In this document: one piece after another, positions 15,911-25,287 of the stretch
How positions within the stretch are numbered: the stretch's first letter is position 1
How the letters are laid out: the number at the start of each line of letters is the position of its first letter
Notes under the pieces: model-generated
The model's database searches: none
Told to the model about the DNA's origin: nothing
What the model saw: only the letters and a program-made list of their open reading frames with translations
DNA from: a virus
Taxonomy: Duplodnaviria > Caudoviricetes
Virus record (IMG/VR): IMGVR_UViG_3300037634_003268
Span: 1 to 37,548 of that record
DNA length: 37,548 bases
Direction: 5' to 3' (one strand)
Translations under genes and position numbers: made by a program

Positions 15911-15945
15911 GGAAGCGACCCGGAAGGATGAGGACACAGTCTTGA
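15911..15945 (+). pseudogene. 5' half of tRNA-Ser(TGA)
   Basis: GGAAGCG...ACAGT-CTTGA, matches GGAAGTA...GCAGT-CTTGA of the intact tRNA-Ser at 16397. Confidence 0.7.
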
Positions 15946-16397
15946 TAAAGTATACAGAAGAACAACTTAGGTGTATTATCCCCAGATCTTATACTTGGGC
16001 AAGTGTCTGTAGGGAATTAGGAATACCAACGGCTGGAGGAAGTCAAGCTCATTTGAAATCTAGAGCTGAAAAATATGGTATAGATTATTCTCACTTCAAG
16101 AGTAGAGCATGGAACAAAGGTTTAAAGGTACCTCATAGAAATATTGAAGACATATTAGTAAAAAGGACAAAAGGTAATAGACAAAGTGCTCATATGTTGA
16201 GAAGAGCATTAGATGAATTCGGAATATCATATAATTGTTTCGAATGTGGTGCATCTGAATGGAGAGGCAAACCATTACGATTAGAAGTAGATCATATTAA
16301 CGGAAATAAATTAGATGATAGAATAGAGAATCTAAGATATATGTGTCCTAATTGTCACTCTCAGACAGACACATATAAGAACAAAGTCAGAAATTAG
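15942..16397 (+). CDS. HNH endonuclease (HNH-3), different subfamily with N-terminal HTH-like region
   Basis: CFECGASEWRGKPLRLEVDHINGNKLDDRIENLRYMCPNCHSQT; probable TTG start 7 nt after GAGGA. Confidence 0.9.
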   Translation: MIKYTEEQLRCIIPRSYTWASVCRELGIPTAGGSQAHLKSRAEKYGIDYSHFKSRAWNKGLKVPHRNIEDILVKRTKGNRQSAHMLRRALDEFGISYNCFECGASEWRGKPLRLEVDHINGNKLDDRIENLRYMCPNCHSQTDTYKNKVRN

Positions 16398-16479
16398 GAA
16401 GTACGGTCATTGGCGCGACAAGCAGTCTTGAAAACTGTCACTCCGTAAGGAGCTGTTGGTTCAATTCCAGCTACTTCCG
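16397..16479 (+). tRNA. tRNA-Ser(TGA)
   Basis: GGAAGTA/TACTTCC, G73; GCAGT-CTTGAAA-ACTGT; long variable arm CTCC-GTAA-GGAG; first G is the last base of HNH-3 TAG. Confidence 0.92.
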
Positions 16480-16549
16480 TATTCCCTAGCAACATTGGGA
16501 ACATATACCCCGCGATCGTACAGCAGAAGTATACTAAATCGGGGTATCC

Positions 16550-16620
16550 GCAGGGATGGGCAAATGGTAAGTCGCGGGATTGCAACCCCCGAGTTCCCTG
16601 TTCGACTCAGGGTCTCTGCT
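16550..16620 (+). tRNA. tRNA-Cys(GCA)
   Basis: GCAGGGA/TCTCTGC, U73; CGGGA-TTGCAAC-CCCCG; CCCTG-TTCGACT-CAGGG. Confidence 0.9.
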
Positions 16621-16625
16621 TATAT

Positions 16626-16697
16626 GGTGAGTATAGTAGATTGGTAACACGCGAAGCTGTGTACTTCGAGAAACGGGTTCGATTCCCGTTTTTCACC
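16626..16697 (+). tRNA. tRNA-His(GTG), canonical G-1:C73
   Basis: GGTGAGTA/TTTTCACC; CGAAG-CTGTGTA-CTTCG; ACGGG-TTCGATT-CCCGT. Confidence 0.9.
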
Positions 16698-16720
16698 CTG
16701 CACTCCAACTAAGGTGATCT

Positions 16721-17236
16721 ATGCTTGATAAAATAAACAACTATGGAAAAGTCATATCTGGACTACAAGGCATCAAAAAATGGGTTTCAGGTCATACTTC
16801 TAAGATGAACTTAGGAGTTATGGGTAGAGCGGGAGCGGGAGCTGTTGTTTCTTCTGCTATGGGATTTGGTCCACTACCCGGTGCAGTAGCTGGAGCAGCA
16901 TCTCCAATTATTGGAAGAGGAATAAGGGGCATGGGTAGTCAATTGAAGAAAGGATTCACTGCATCTCCAGTAAGAACCGGAGCTGCCCTTGGATTAACAT
17001 TAGGTGTTATGGGTGCAGGTATGGCACTAGGAACTCGTACCCTTAATCAATTACGTACTAACATGAGACCAACTAGTGGAGTAGGACCATCAATGACATC
17101 TAGTGGATATGTTAGTTGGACTAATGGTAGAAGCGAAGGAATGAGTGCAGAACATCTTGGTGCATCTGGTGGGCTATCACTAGCATTACATAGGACTAGA
17201 CACAGACTTAACTTACACAGGACTGGTTTCTCTTGA
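16721..17236 (+). CDS. Gly/Ala-rich protein, possible internal virion/ejection protein
   Basis: AAGGTG RBS; glycine-zipper-like hydrophobic segments. Confidence 0.65.
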   Translation: MLDKINNYGKVISGLQGIKKWVSGHTSKMNLGVMGRAGAGAVVSSAMGFGPLPGAVAGAASPIIGRGIRGMGSQLKKGFTASPVRTGAALGLTLGVMGAGMALGTRTLNQLRTNMRPTSGVGPSMTSSGYVSWTNGRSEGMSAEHLGASGGLSLALHRTRHRLNLHRTGFS

Positions 17237-17892
17237 TAAATGAATTGTTAGAAATCGGGGGCATGGCTGCTGGAGCAGCAGCCCTAGAACAAACTTATGT
17301 ATTTACCATGTCACGAGCTCCATGGCAGAGTTTATCTGCAGGTAAAGGAATAGCTACCGGAGGAGTACTTAACCTCTTTGGATATGGACCAGGTAAAGCT
17401 ATTGGTGCTGGTTTGGGTATGCTAGGAGTTGGAGAAACCGGATGGGGTAGTAATTTACGTAAGTTCTTTGCTGGTGGAAATATGTTTGAAGAAAGTTTAG
17501 GTTATGATCCTGAGATTTTAAAGAAAAAATTTCATCCTAGACCACAAGCTAGAGCAGCAGCAGAGATTCAGCAATTTCACAGTAATAAAATAAAAGCCAA
17601 ACATCTAAAATTTGCAGGAAGACTTGCCGGAGGTCTGGCTATTGCTAATTTGGTAGGTAGCTTAGTTTCTCCAATGGTGTATTATGCAGGTAGAGGGATA
17701 AGCGCAGTATCGGATGCAGCAAGACAACCAATGGCAGCTCTTAATTCTCCGGATTGGGGTAATCAATTGGGTAGTGCATATATGACAGCTCAAGCATCCA
17801 CAGAAAGACAAAGAGCCACACAAATGTTACAACAAACAGGAATCACAGGACACGGGTCCATAGGTAGAGAAGCCAATAGAATGCATAGATAA
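17233..17892 (+). CDS. Gly/Ala-rich protein, possible internal virion/ejection protein
   Basis: TTGA overlap; Gly-rich hydrophobic segments, C-terminal ASTERQRA...GREANRMH. Confidence 0.65.
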   Translation: MINELLEIGGMAAGAAALEQTYVFTMSRAPWQSLSAGKGIATGGVLNLFGYGPGKAIGAGLGMLGVGETGWGSNLRKFFAGGNMFEESLGYDPEILKKKFHPRPQARAAAEIQQFHSNKIKAKHLKFAGRLAGGLAIANLVGSLVSPMVYYAGRGISAVSDAARQPMAALNSPDWGNQLGSAYMTAQASTERQRATQMLQQTGITGHGSIGREANRMHR

Positions 17893-17923
17893 TCAATATT
17901 ACTCATAACACTAGAAGGTTAAT

Positions 17924-18313
17924 ATGCCACATTTTTCAATAACATCAGATGGTACCGTAGAAGGCACCAAAGTAACAAAGGACGGAGTAGAACTTACAGA
18001 AAAGAATAAAGTAGTGGCAGTTAATTTTAATGCAAACGCTACATGGGAAGAACTATCAGTATCATACGTTATAGAAGAAGATTACATAGATGAAGATGGA
18101 AATAAGAATGGAGTACAGAGAGTATCCTACGTATGGAATACTAATGAGTGGATACGATCAGAACAGAACGAAGAAGCTCCTAAGGTATCCAATCCTTCCT
18201 TAGGAAAGTCGACAGATGAAACAGAAGGTCAAATTGGTGGCAAAGAGATAAAGGATATCTCAAACAAAGACCACCTCAAACGAATTTTTAGTAAAGGTGA
18301 TAATAATGCCTAA
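17924..18313 (+). CDS. hypothetical protein
   Basis: GAAGG RBS; 129 aa. Confidence 0.75.
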   Translation: MPHFSITSDGTVEGTKVTKDGVELTEKNKVVAVNFNANATWEELSVSYVIEEDYIDEDGNKNGVQRVSYVWNTNEWIRSEQNEEAPKVSNPSLGKSTDETEGQIGGKEIKDISNKDHLKRIFSKGDNNA

Positions 18314-18506
18314 GAAAGATCAGCTAACAAAAGAAGTAATGAACGCACCATTGTATCAGGGATATACGAATGTTCCCGAGAAACAAGCACTTCAGAATCC
18401 TACAGCAAGACCTAATAATATCCCAGTAAAGAAGGGATCACTTGGAATTCCTGAAGGAATGACTAAACGAGCAAGACCCAACTATGGATTTAATAAAAAT
18501 AAGTAA
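18306..18506 (+). CDS. small basic hypothetical protein
   Basis: AAGGTG RBS before MPKK; TAATG coupling to terminase. Confidence 0.65.
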   Translation: MPKKDQLTKEVMNAPLYQGYTNVPEKQALQNPTARPNNIPVKKGSLGIPEGMTKRARPNYGFNKNK

Positions 18507-20362
18507 TGTCAGTAACTAAGGACGAACAAGATTTTTACGATCTAATGATGGATCGTTGCAAATGGGCACAAAGTTATCTGCGAGACCCTTCGGATCCTCG
18601 ACAACCCTTCAGCCTTAAGGATAGAGATTATCAAAAAGAAGTTCTGAAGTCTGATGGTAAACGACAAGCTTGGAGAATGGGACGTCGTGTAGGAAAGACT
18701 GTAATGCTTTGTATAAGAGCATTACATAGAGCATTCATTGAATCGAATTGCCATATAGTATTCGTTACCCCATATGAAAGTCAAATTAGGGTTATCTTCG
18801 AAGATACCATAAAGCCTATGATTCAAGACTCGCAATTTGTTAATGCGAGTGTTGCTAAAATTAGGAGATCACCTTATGAAATCGTTTTACATAATGGATC
18901 AAAAATTTCCGGGCTTACTGCAGGTACTAGGTCTGGACAACATGGCGATGCTATTCGTGGTTTGTCTGCGAAGCTTCTTATCTTAGATGAAGCAGATTAT
19001 CTAAGTCCAAAATCTATTGCTACTATAACCGCTCTACTTGCTACGTCTCCGGAAACGGAGCTGATCGCAAGTTCTACGCCTACTGGTCGTAGAGAGTGGT
19101 TTTATGATATATGTACAAAACCTGAGTTGGATAAACTATATAAGAGATTTCATTTCCCTTCGTCTGTATCCCCAAACTGGACTCCAGACATAGAACATGA
19201 ATTCAAAACTACATTGTCTATTGAAGATTACTCTCATGAATTTGAAGCTATATTTGGTTCTGAAGCTCAAGGCGTATTCCATCCAGACTTCATAGATGCA
19301 TCACTCAGATTGTATGACTATGATGATATTCCATTAAAGAAAACTCCAGGAAACATTCGTGCTATAGGAGTAGATTGGAATGAAGCTAAGAATGGTGTAC
19401 AAATTATAATAACAGAAGCAATGAAGCATCCTACTCAAATGACATTCATAAAGGAAGATGAGGATGGAGATCCAACTGATGAGAAGTATCAAGAAACAGT
19501 ACAGGGCAAATTTGTAGTTATAAACCATATAGAAATTCATGATGTACACAATACTCAGGATAACGCCATTAATACTATAATGAGATTAATGGCAGAGTAT
19601 AATGTTGATCATCTATATGTTGATGAAGGACATGGTGCATTCCAGGTTGCAGAACTTATGCGAAGATCGCGTAAGACACCTCAACTTGAAATGAAGAAGA
19701 AACTACGTGCACTTAATATGTCATCAAAACTTAAGATTAAGAATCCGCAGACACGAGCATGGGATTCTAAACCTATTAAACCGTATACAGTATCGTCAGC
19801 TAGAAACTTCCTTGAGAAGGATAATCTTATACTACCTAAACATGAAGACCATCAGATTGGTCTCGTAGGTCAGATGAGAGCATACGTTATTGTTAAGGTT
19901 AGTGTGACTACAGGTCAACCCACATATAGTGGACTTAATGATCATGCACTAGATGCATGGATGTTTTCTATGCTGGTATATGCTCAAGAGTACAGTGAAC
20001 TAACTAAGATAGCATTAGCTAAGAATATAAAACACATCAGACCAGAAAGATTCGAGAGAACTGCAGCAACTTTTGATAGATCACTAGAAGAAAATCAAGG
20101 AGTAATAGTACATCAGGAACCATATGATGCTGTACGGAAAGCTGCTGAAGATTTAGTTGGAGATGATTATAAGTTCATTGGGTGGGATGATGATCTATTT
20201 AGTGATGAAGATCATGACTTAGAAAGAAGAGAGATCACACATAAATCACAAGGCAGAAAGAGATCATATGCGCCCTTCATGAAGACGGGAAGATCTAAAT
20301 CTAATTCATTGCCTACTAGAACTAATATTACTATAGGTTCTAGAAGCAAGTCGTGGAGATAA
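18506..20362 (+). CDS. terL: terminase large subunit
   Basis: YQ motif, Walker A GRRVGKT, Walker B LILDEAD, SSTPTG, nuclease GVDW and DHALDA. Confidence 0.95.
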   Translation: MSVTKDEQDFYDLMMDRCKWAQSYLRDPSDPRQPFSLKDRDYQKEVLKSDGKRQAWRMGRRVGKTVMLCIRALHRAFIESNCHIVFVTPYESQIRVIFEDTIKPMIQDSQFVNASVAKIRRSPYEIVLHNGSKISGLTAGTRSGQHGDAIRGLSAKLLILDEADYLSPKSIATITALLATSPETELIASSTPTGRREWFYDICTKPELDKLYKRFHFPSSVSPNWTPDIEHEFKTTLSIEDYSHEFEAIFGSEAQGVFHPDFIDASLRLYDYDDIPLKKTPGNIRAIGVDWNEAKNGVQIIITEAMKHPTQMTFIKEDEDGDPTDEKYQETVQGKFVVINHIEIHDVHNTQDNAINTIMRLMAEYNVDHLYVDEGHGAFQVAELMRRSRKTPQLEMKKKLRALNMSSKLKIKNPQTRAWDSKPIKPYTVSSARNFLEKDNLILPKHEDHQIGLVGQMRAYVIVKVSVTTGQPTYSGLNDHALDAWMFSMLVYAQEYSELTKIALAKNIKHIRPERFERTAATFDRSLEENQGVIVHQEPYDAVRKAAEDLVGDDYKFIGWDDDLFSDEDHDLERREITHKSQGRKRSYAPFMKTGRSKSNSLPTRTNITIGSRSKSWR

Positions 20363-20363
20363 C

Positions 20364-21698
20364 ATGGCAGGTATAGATACAAAACAAGAGAAGAATATCT
20401 TTGCGTATAAGGGTGAAATATCCAGACCCATACCTAAAGCTACTCGTCCGTTCGAATTAGATCTAGATATACAAGAAGATGAAATAAAAGATAGAGCTAA
20501 TACGCTAATTGCAGCTAAAGAAACCGATGACCTTATAGATGATGTAATTGCAGAATTAATAGATCAATTGAAGGATCTTGATGTAGATATTTCTGGCAAT
20601 CCAGAACTGGTATTAGCAGTAGATAGGTTAGGAGGAGAGAAGTTAACATTTGGAATTTATAACCGAGCACTTAATATTTTGCGCAATGCTGCTCTTGCTG
20701 CCTTGTGTGTGGATCCTGTACATCTCATTTTCGCTGAGTCTGATGAATCAGGACCCCAAATACCTAGACTACCTACTAGAACGTTGTCATGTGATGAGGC
20801 AGCGAATCCTTCATTATTTCAATATACTCCGGAAGAAGCTAATGATGTAGGAACCATACCTCTATATGATGCGCAGGGTATGCAGAAGCAAATGACTAGA
20901 TGGAGAACTATACTATTAGTATGGTGGGGTGTCGGGAGTCTTGGATTAAAGGTTACTATCACTGCACTAGATTCAATCATAAGAAAACTACGTAGTAGAT
21001 TATTGAAACCCATACGTAAACCATTTGAGAAGATACGAAACTGGCTTAGATCTCTAGTATGTAAGTTTGAGAAGAGAATATTCGGTAGAGGACTTAGTAA
21101 CTTCTGTAATGATAAGCGAAGACTAATGGGTGTAGATGATGATGGAGATGAAGAAGTACCCGAGGGTACTACATTATGTTATGAGACTAATGAAGAAGGT
21201 GACACTACTAGAGAAGTAATCAGAGTAGATAAAGATGGGGTAGAAGACATACAGAAAATAAGTATAGAAGGATGGGATCAGGCAGACTGTCTTGCTGAAG
21301 AATACTTAGATACAAAGCCCGAGTCAGTAGGTTGTCCAAACTTCATACCTCAGGAATGTATAGATTCAGCTCAAGCTATAGTAGATCGCGTACATGATTG
21401 GTCTCTTGATCAAAAAGATATGGTAGATGGGGAAACTAACCCACAAGCTGTTATGATCTGGCCTTTCGTTAATGAGATAATAGATATACAAGAAACAGGT
21501 AAGTTCATGTTAACAGCTCAGGACAATTCAGAATTGAGTGATGTACTAAAAGAAACAACTAAGAAACGTGGCTTCTCCAATGCACGTTGGGGTGCACCTA
21601 TTGTTGAGAACTTCGTTGATGGAGTAAAGGTGGGACGAACAGAATATACGGCATTCTCTGCTAATAGAGATATTCCACCGGAGGATTGCGATGAGTGA
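20364..21698 (+). CDS. hypothetical virion-module protein with central hydrophobic/basic segment
   Basis: 444 aa ORF between terminase and portal. Confidence 0.8.
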   Translation: MAGIDTKQEKNIFAYKGEISRPIPKATRPFELDLDIQEDEIKDRANTLIAAKETDDLIDDVIAELIDQLKDLDVDISGNPELVLAVDRLGGEKLTFGIYNRALNILRNAALAALCVDPVHLIFAESDESGPQIPRLPTRTLSCDEAANPSLFQYTPEEANDVGTIPLYDAQGMQKQMTRWRTILLVWWGVGSLGLKVTITALDSIIRKLRSRLLKPIRKPFEKIRNWLRSLVCKFEKRIFGRGLSNFCNDKRRLMGVDDDGDEEVPEGTTLCYETNEEGDTTREVIRVDKDGVEDIQKISIEGWDQADCLAEEYLDTKPESVGCPNFIPQECIDSAQAIVDRVHDWSLDQKDMVDGETNPQAVMIWPFVNEIIDIQETGKFMLTAQDNSELSDVLKETTKKRGFSNARWGAPIVENFVDGVKVGRTEYTAFSANRDIPPEDCDE

Positions 21699-23079
21699 AG
21701 TAGACGCACAAACCCAAAGAAGAAAAGATCAAGGAGTAGCATTTAATCAAGCAGTAGAACAAGGACTAGCTGAAGAGAGTCTTGGAAGGAAGACCCTAGA
21801 AGCTAGAGCAGCTACTGAACCAGCTAGAAGAATAATATCATCTACTACATCGGACCATACTGCTGCTCCTCCTAGTAGTAAACCTAAATCATGGAAAGCT
21901 TATTATGCTACAATTAAACCTGCAGTAGACAGTTTCATGCTCCAAGCAGAAAGAATACTTAGAGATTGGTCTAAAGATCCAGTAGTAATGTGTTGTCTAA
22001 TACGAAACCTTGCAGCTATAGGTGGATTAGACAAAATACAAAAGTTTACTAGGAATCCAAAGGTACAGGAAGCTAGGGGAATACTTCACCAGATGCGCAG
22101 TATGCTTGACTTAGTTATAGGATTTCTTCAGAAGGATATAGATACACAACTAAAGAGATCAGTTGATCTACTTGGTTCTATAATGTTAGCAGTAATAGGA
22201 GCAGTAATTACTACGCTTGATCTATTACAGCAATACCTTAGAGAAGAAATATTCCAATTAATGGGTAAGCAAAGAGATAGTGTATTCAGAAGATGTTGGC
22301 CTTTCGATGCATTGATCGACTTCATTATCAAAACTATTAGTCATCCTGTGACTGGGATCTTCGTAAAACTAGATCAATACATTCTGGATTGGCAGAATAA
22401 GGTTAAGGAAGATATAGGAATGAAGTATAACTGCAGTTCTCTCGATAAGGCTGATGAAGAATTGAAAGCACTAACAGCTAGACGGGAAGAAGTAGAAGCA
22501 GAGATAGAGGAAAACATTAATGTTGATGGACAAGCTCTTGCAACAACTAGTTTGAAAACTAAAGCCAAAAACATTAATAAAGCAATTAACGTAGTTAGAT
22601 CTAGAATTTCTATTAATAAGGGAATACCTATTGTAGGTCAAGCTGGATGCTACTTAAGAAAAGTAGAAACACTACAAAATCTTAAATACTTCAGAAATAC
22701 AATAGACAAAGTTATTGCTGGATTAGACAAAGGTATATTATGCGTAAACCTTACAGATGAACAACTAGCAAACAGTCCTAATCCTTTAAATGATGTAAGT
22801 AGTGTAAATCATCCTGCACAACGATCAGGAATATCAGTTGTATTCCCAACAGATGATGAAGTAGGGAACTTCCTAGTAGATGAGTTTGGATTAGATGGTG
22901 ATGAGGTTGCTGAGATAGTAGCCAACATAGAACCAGACAATATAAATGATGAAGAGTCAATAGAGAAAGATCTGGATGGACAAATTAGAGCAGTCGAAAC
23001 ACTAGCTGACTGTACTCAGGTTATATCGGACGAACTAATTGTGGAGATAAATAGTACCATAAGTAGGCTGGAGGGTTAA
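21691..23079 (+). CDS. hypothetical helical virion-module protein
   Basis: GGAGG RBS; 462 aa, coiled-coil segment. Confidence 0.8.
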   Translation: MSEVDAQTQRRKDQGVAFNQAVEQGLAEESLGRKTLEARAATEPARRIISSTTSDHTAAPPSSKPKSWKAYYATIKPAVDSFMLQAERILRDWSKDPVVMCCLIRNLAAIGGLDKIQKFTRNPKVQEARGILHQMRSMLDLVIGFLQKDIDTQLKRSVDLLGSIMLAVIGAVITTLDLLQQYLREEIFQLMGKQRDSVFRRCWPFDALIDFIIKTISHPVTGIFVKLDQYILDWQNKVKEDIGMKYNCSSLDKADEELKALTARREEVEAEIEENINVDGQALATTSLKTKAKNINKAINVVRSRISINKGIPIVGQAGCYLRKVETLQNLKYFRNTIDKVIAGLDKGILCVNLTDEQLANSPNPLNDVSSVNHPAQRSGISVVFPTDDEVGNFLVDEFGLDGDEVAEIVANIEPDNINDEESIEKDLDGQIRAVETLADCTQVISDELIVEINSTISRLEG

Positions 23080-25209
23080 ATGGGAACGTTTGAAATTGAA
23101 TATGATGAAGGACATCCTGAATTAATAGAGATGGTAGCAGATGCTCCAACTCATAAGGAAGTTCCGAAATTAATAAAAAAGAAGAGACCCGTTGTGAGAG
23201 CGAACTCCCCTGGTCTAGCTTATAATGGAACTAAGTACAGGAACTCTTTCAAAGGGCCAGACTACAATCTTAACGATGTAGCTAATGCAGTAGATAGAGA
23301 ACCCCTATTCCGTAGATCTGTAGAGAAATTACGTACGCTAATTCTTAAGAATAAGTTTGAATTCGTTGGTCAAAATCCCAACGCAGTAGCATACATCAAA
23401 CAAAGGTTCAAGCAAATATCAATGGTTAGTGGTATTCCTACTGATCAGTTAATTAAGGATATAGTAGAACAACTTGTCACATACTCTAACGCGTATCTAG
23501 TTAAGAATAGAAAGAAGGAAGCTTCTGGAGGAGCGTTCAGAAGAACATTCGATGATAAAGAACTAGAACCAGTAGCAGCATACTATCCTATTTGTGCAAC
23601 TACAATAGAGATAGATAAAGATGAGCATGGTAAAGTAAGAATGTATAGACAGGTTGTACCGGGTTACCCTAGATCACAATGGCCAAAGTTCAAACCCGAA
23701 GACGTAATACACTTTCACAAGGATAGAAAGGTAGGACTAAGTACGGGGACTCCATACGTAATATCTGTACTTGATGACATACGTGCTTTGCGTGGAATGG
23801 AGGAGCACGTTGAGAGATTAGTTTATCAGCATGCTGTACCTCTATATCAATATATAGTTGGAGATGAGAACGACAGAGCTGAACCGGAAGAATTGGAAGA
23901 ACTACAGTTCGCTGTAGATAACATGCCATTCAATGGAGCTCTAGTTACACCGGAAAGACATGAGATTAAAGTAGTAGGTGCTGAGGGAGAGGCATTGGAT
24001 GCATCTACTTATTTAGAATACTTTATGAAACGTGTACGCGGTGGACTACATCTTTCATCTGTAGATTGGGGAGAAGGAGATTCCAGTTCTAGGGGAACAT
24101 CTCTTACTATGTCACAGGATACTCGTGACACAGTTGAAGAATTCCAGGATGTACTTAAGACATTCTTTAATGAATTTCTACTTGAAGAACTATTAGCTGA
24201 AGGTGGATTCGCATATGACGAATACAATCCAAATAATAAAGTAACGTTATACATACCTGCAATTGATATAGATGAAAAGATCAAACATGAAAATCATAAC
24301 ATGCTCATGTATCAGGGTGGAGCAATTACTCATGAGGAATTAAGACTGGGAGTAGGTAGAGAACCATTTTCAGAATCACAGAATCAAGATACCTATTTTG
24401 CTAATGTTACAATTCCTACAATGAAAATTAAGCAGACTGTTTCTGCTCAGGGTAATGGAAGTGCACAGAATAAGGATACTCCAACTAATCAACATGGTAC
24501 ACAACTAACATCACCTAGAATTCCTCAGGATATGGATATAAGTGATCAACTGGAAAATGGATCATTCCGTAACGAACTGTTACAGTCATTAGGAATGGAG
24601 CATTCGTCTAATGTATTAAATCTTCATTGGGATACTATGGAGAAAGAATACATAAACATATTCAATTCGCCAGATGAACTTACTGATGATTTATGGATAG
24701 AAGGAATACAGGATAAGTTCGTAGATGATTCGATTGGTGCATTGAATCCAGTATTGGCCAGTGCATATATTAAGGGCGCACAAAGTGCAACTAATGAGGA
24801 CATAACTATTACTTCAAATCAGGCAGGAGTAATGCAAACAGATGTAGAATCATTAATTAACACTACTAAAATAGGTCTCAGAAAGTTAGCTAGAACAGTA
24901 TCTCGTAGAATAGAAAAAGAAAATATTAATGATTCGATCACTAATGATACGGTTTCTGCTGTAATGGATACATTTAAGCATAGAATTAATATGAATATAT
25001 CCACAGCATTAATGAGAGATTATAACTTTGGAAGAGCTAGAATGTTCCAAACCCAAGGGTACCAAGAACTTATAATTCCTGCATGCCCTAACTGCGTTAA
25101 GCCTGCTAGAACATTCCCGCTTAAAGATGATATCACCGCAACGGACATTCCACCAGGAAGTACGCATCCAAACTGTAACTGTTTAGTAACAGTTCCAGGA
25201 GATGTGTAA
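23080..25209 (+). CDS. portal protein with C-terminal Mu gpF-like (minor head) domain
   Basis: YSNAYL, EDVIHF...GLSTGTPY, GAITHEELRLGVGREP portal motifs; C-terminal CPNC...HPNCNC. Confidence 0.85.
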   Translation: MGTFEIEYDEGHPELIEMVADAPTHKEVPKLIKKKRPVVRANSPGLAYNGTKYRNSFKGPDYNLNDVANAVDREPLFRRSVEKLRTLILKNKFEFVGQNPNAVAYIKQRFKQISMVSGIPTDQLIKDIVEQLVTYSNAYLVKNRKKEASGGAFRRTFDDKELEPVAAYYPICATTIEIDKDEHGKVRMYRQVVPGYPRSQWPKFKPEDVIHFHKDRKVGLSTGTPYVISVLDDIRALRGMEEHVERLVYQHAVPLYQYIVGDENDRAEPEELEELQFAVDNMPFNGALVTPERHEIKVVGAEGEALDASTYLEYFMKRVRGGLHLSSVDWGEGDSSSRGTSLTMSQDTRDTVEEFQDVLKTFFNEFLLEELLAEGGFAYDEYNPNNKVTLYIPAIDIDEKIKHENHNMLMYQGGAITHEELRLGVGREPFSESQNQDTYFANVTIPTMKIKQTVSAQGNGSAQNKDTPTNQHGTQLTSPRIPQDMDISDQLENGSFRNELLQSLGMEHSSNVLNLHWDTMEKEYINIFNSPDELTDDLWIEGIQDKFVDDSIGALNPVLASAYIKGAQSATNEDITITSNQAGVMQTDVESLINTTKIGLRKLARTVSRRIEKENINDSITNDTVSAVMDTFKHRINMNISTALMRDYNFGRARMFQTQGYQELIIPACPNCVKPARTFPLKDDITATDIPPGSTHPNCNCLVTVPGDV

Positions 25210-25287
25210 AGTTTTTTGGGTCCCTAATTTAAAATTGGGGCTATGTCATCTTTATAAAGTAGTAATTTTCTATGGAGTTATATCTAA

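Noticed and set aside
16456-16647. 63-aa + strand ORF
   Set aside because: Runs through three tRNA genes; no RBS
18506-20362. Intein or intron in the terminase
   Set aside because: ATPase and nuclease motifs are contiguous; no intein terminal HN-C/S/T or LAGLIDADG block
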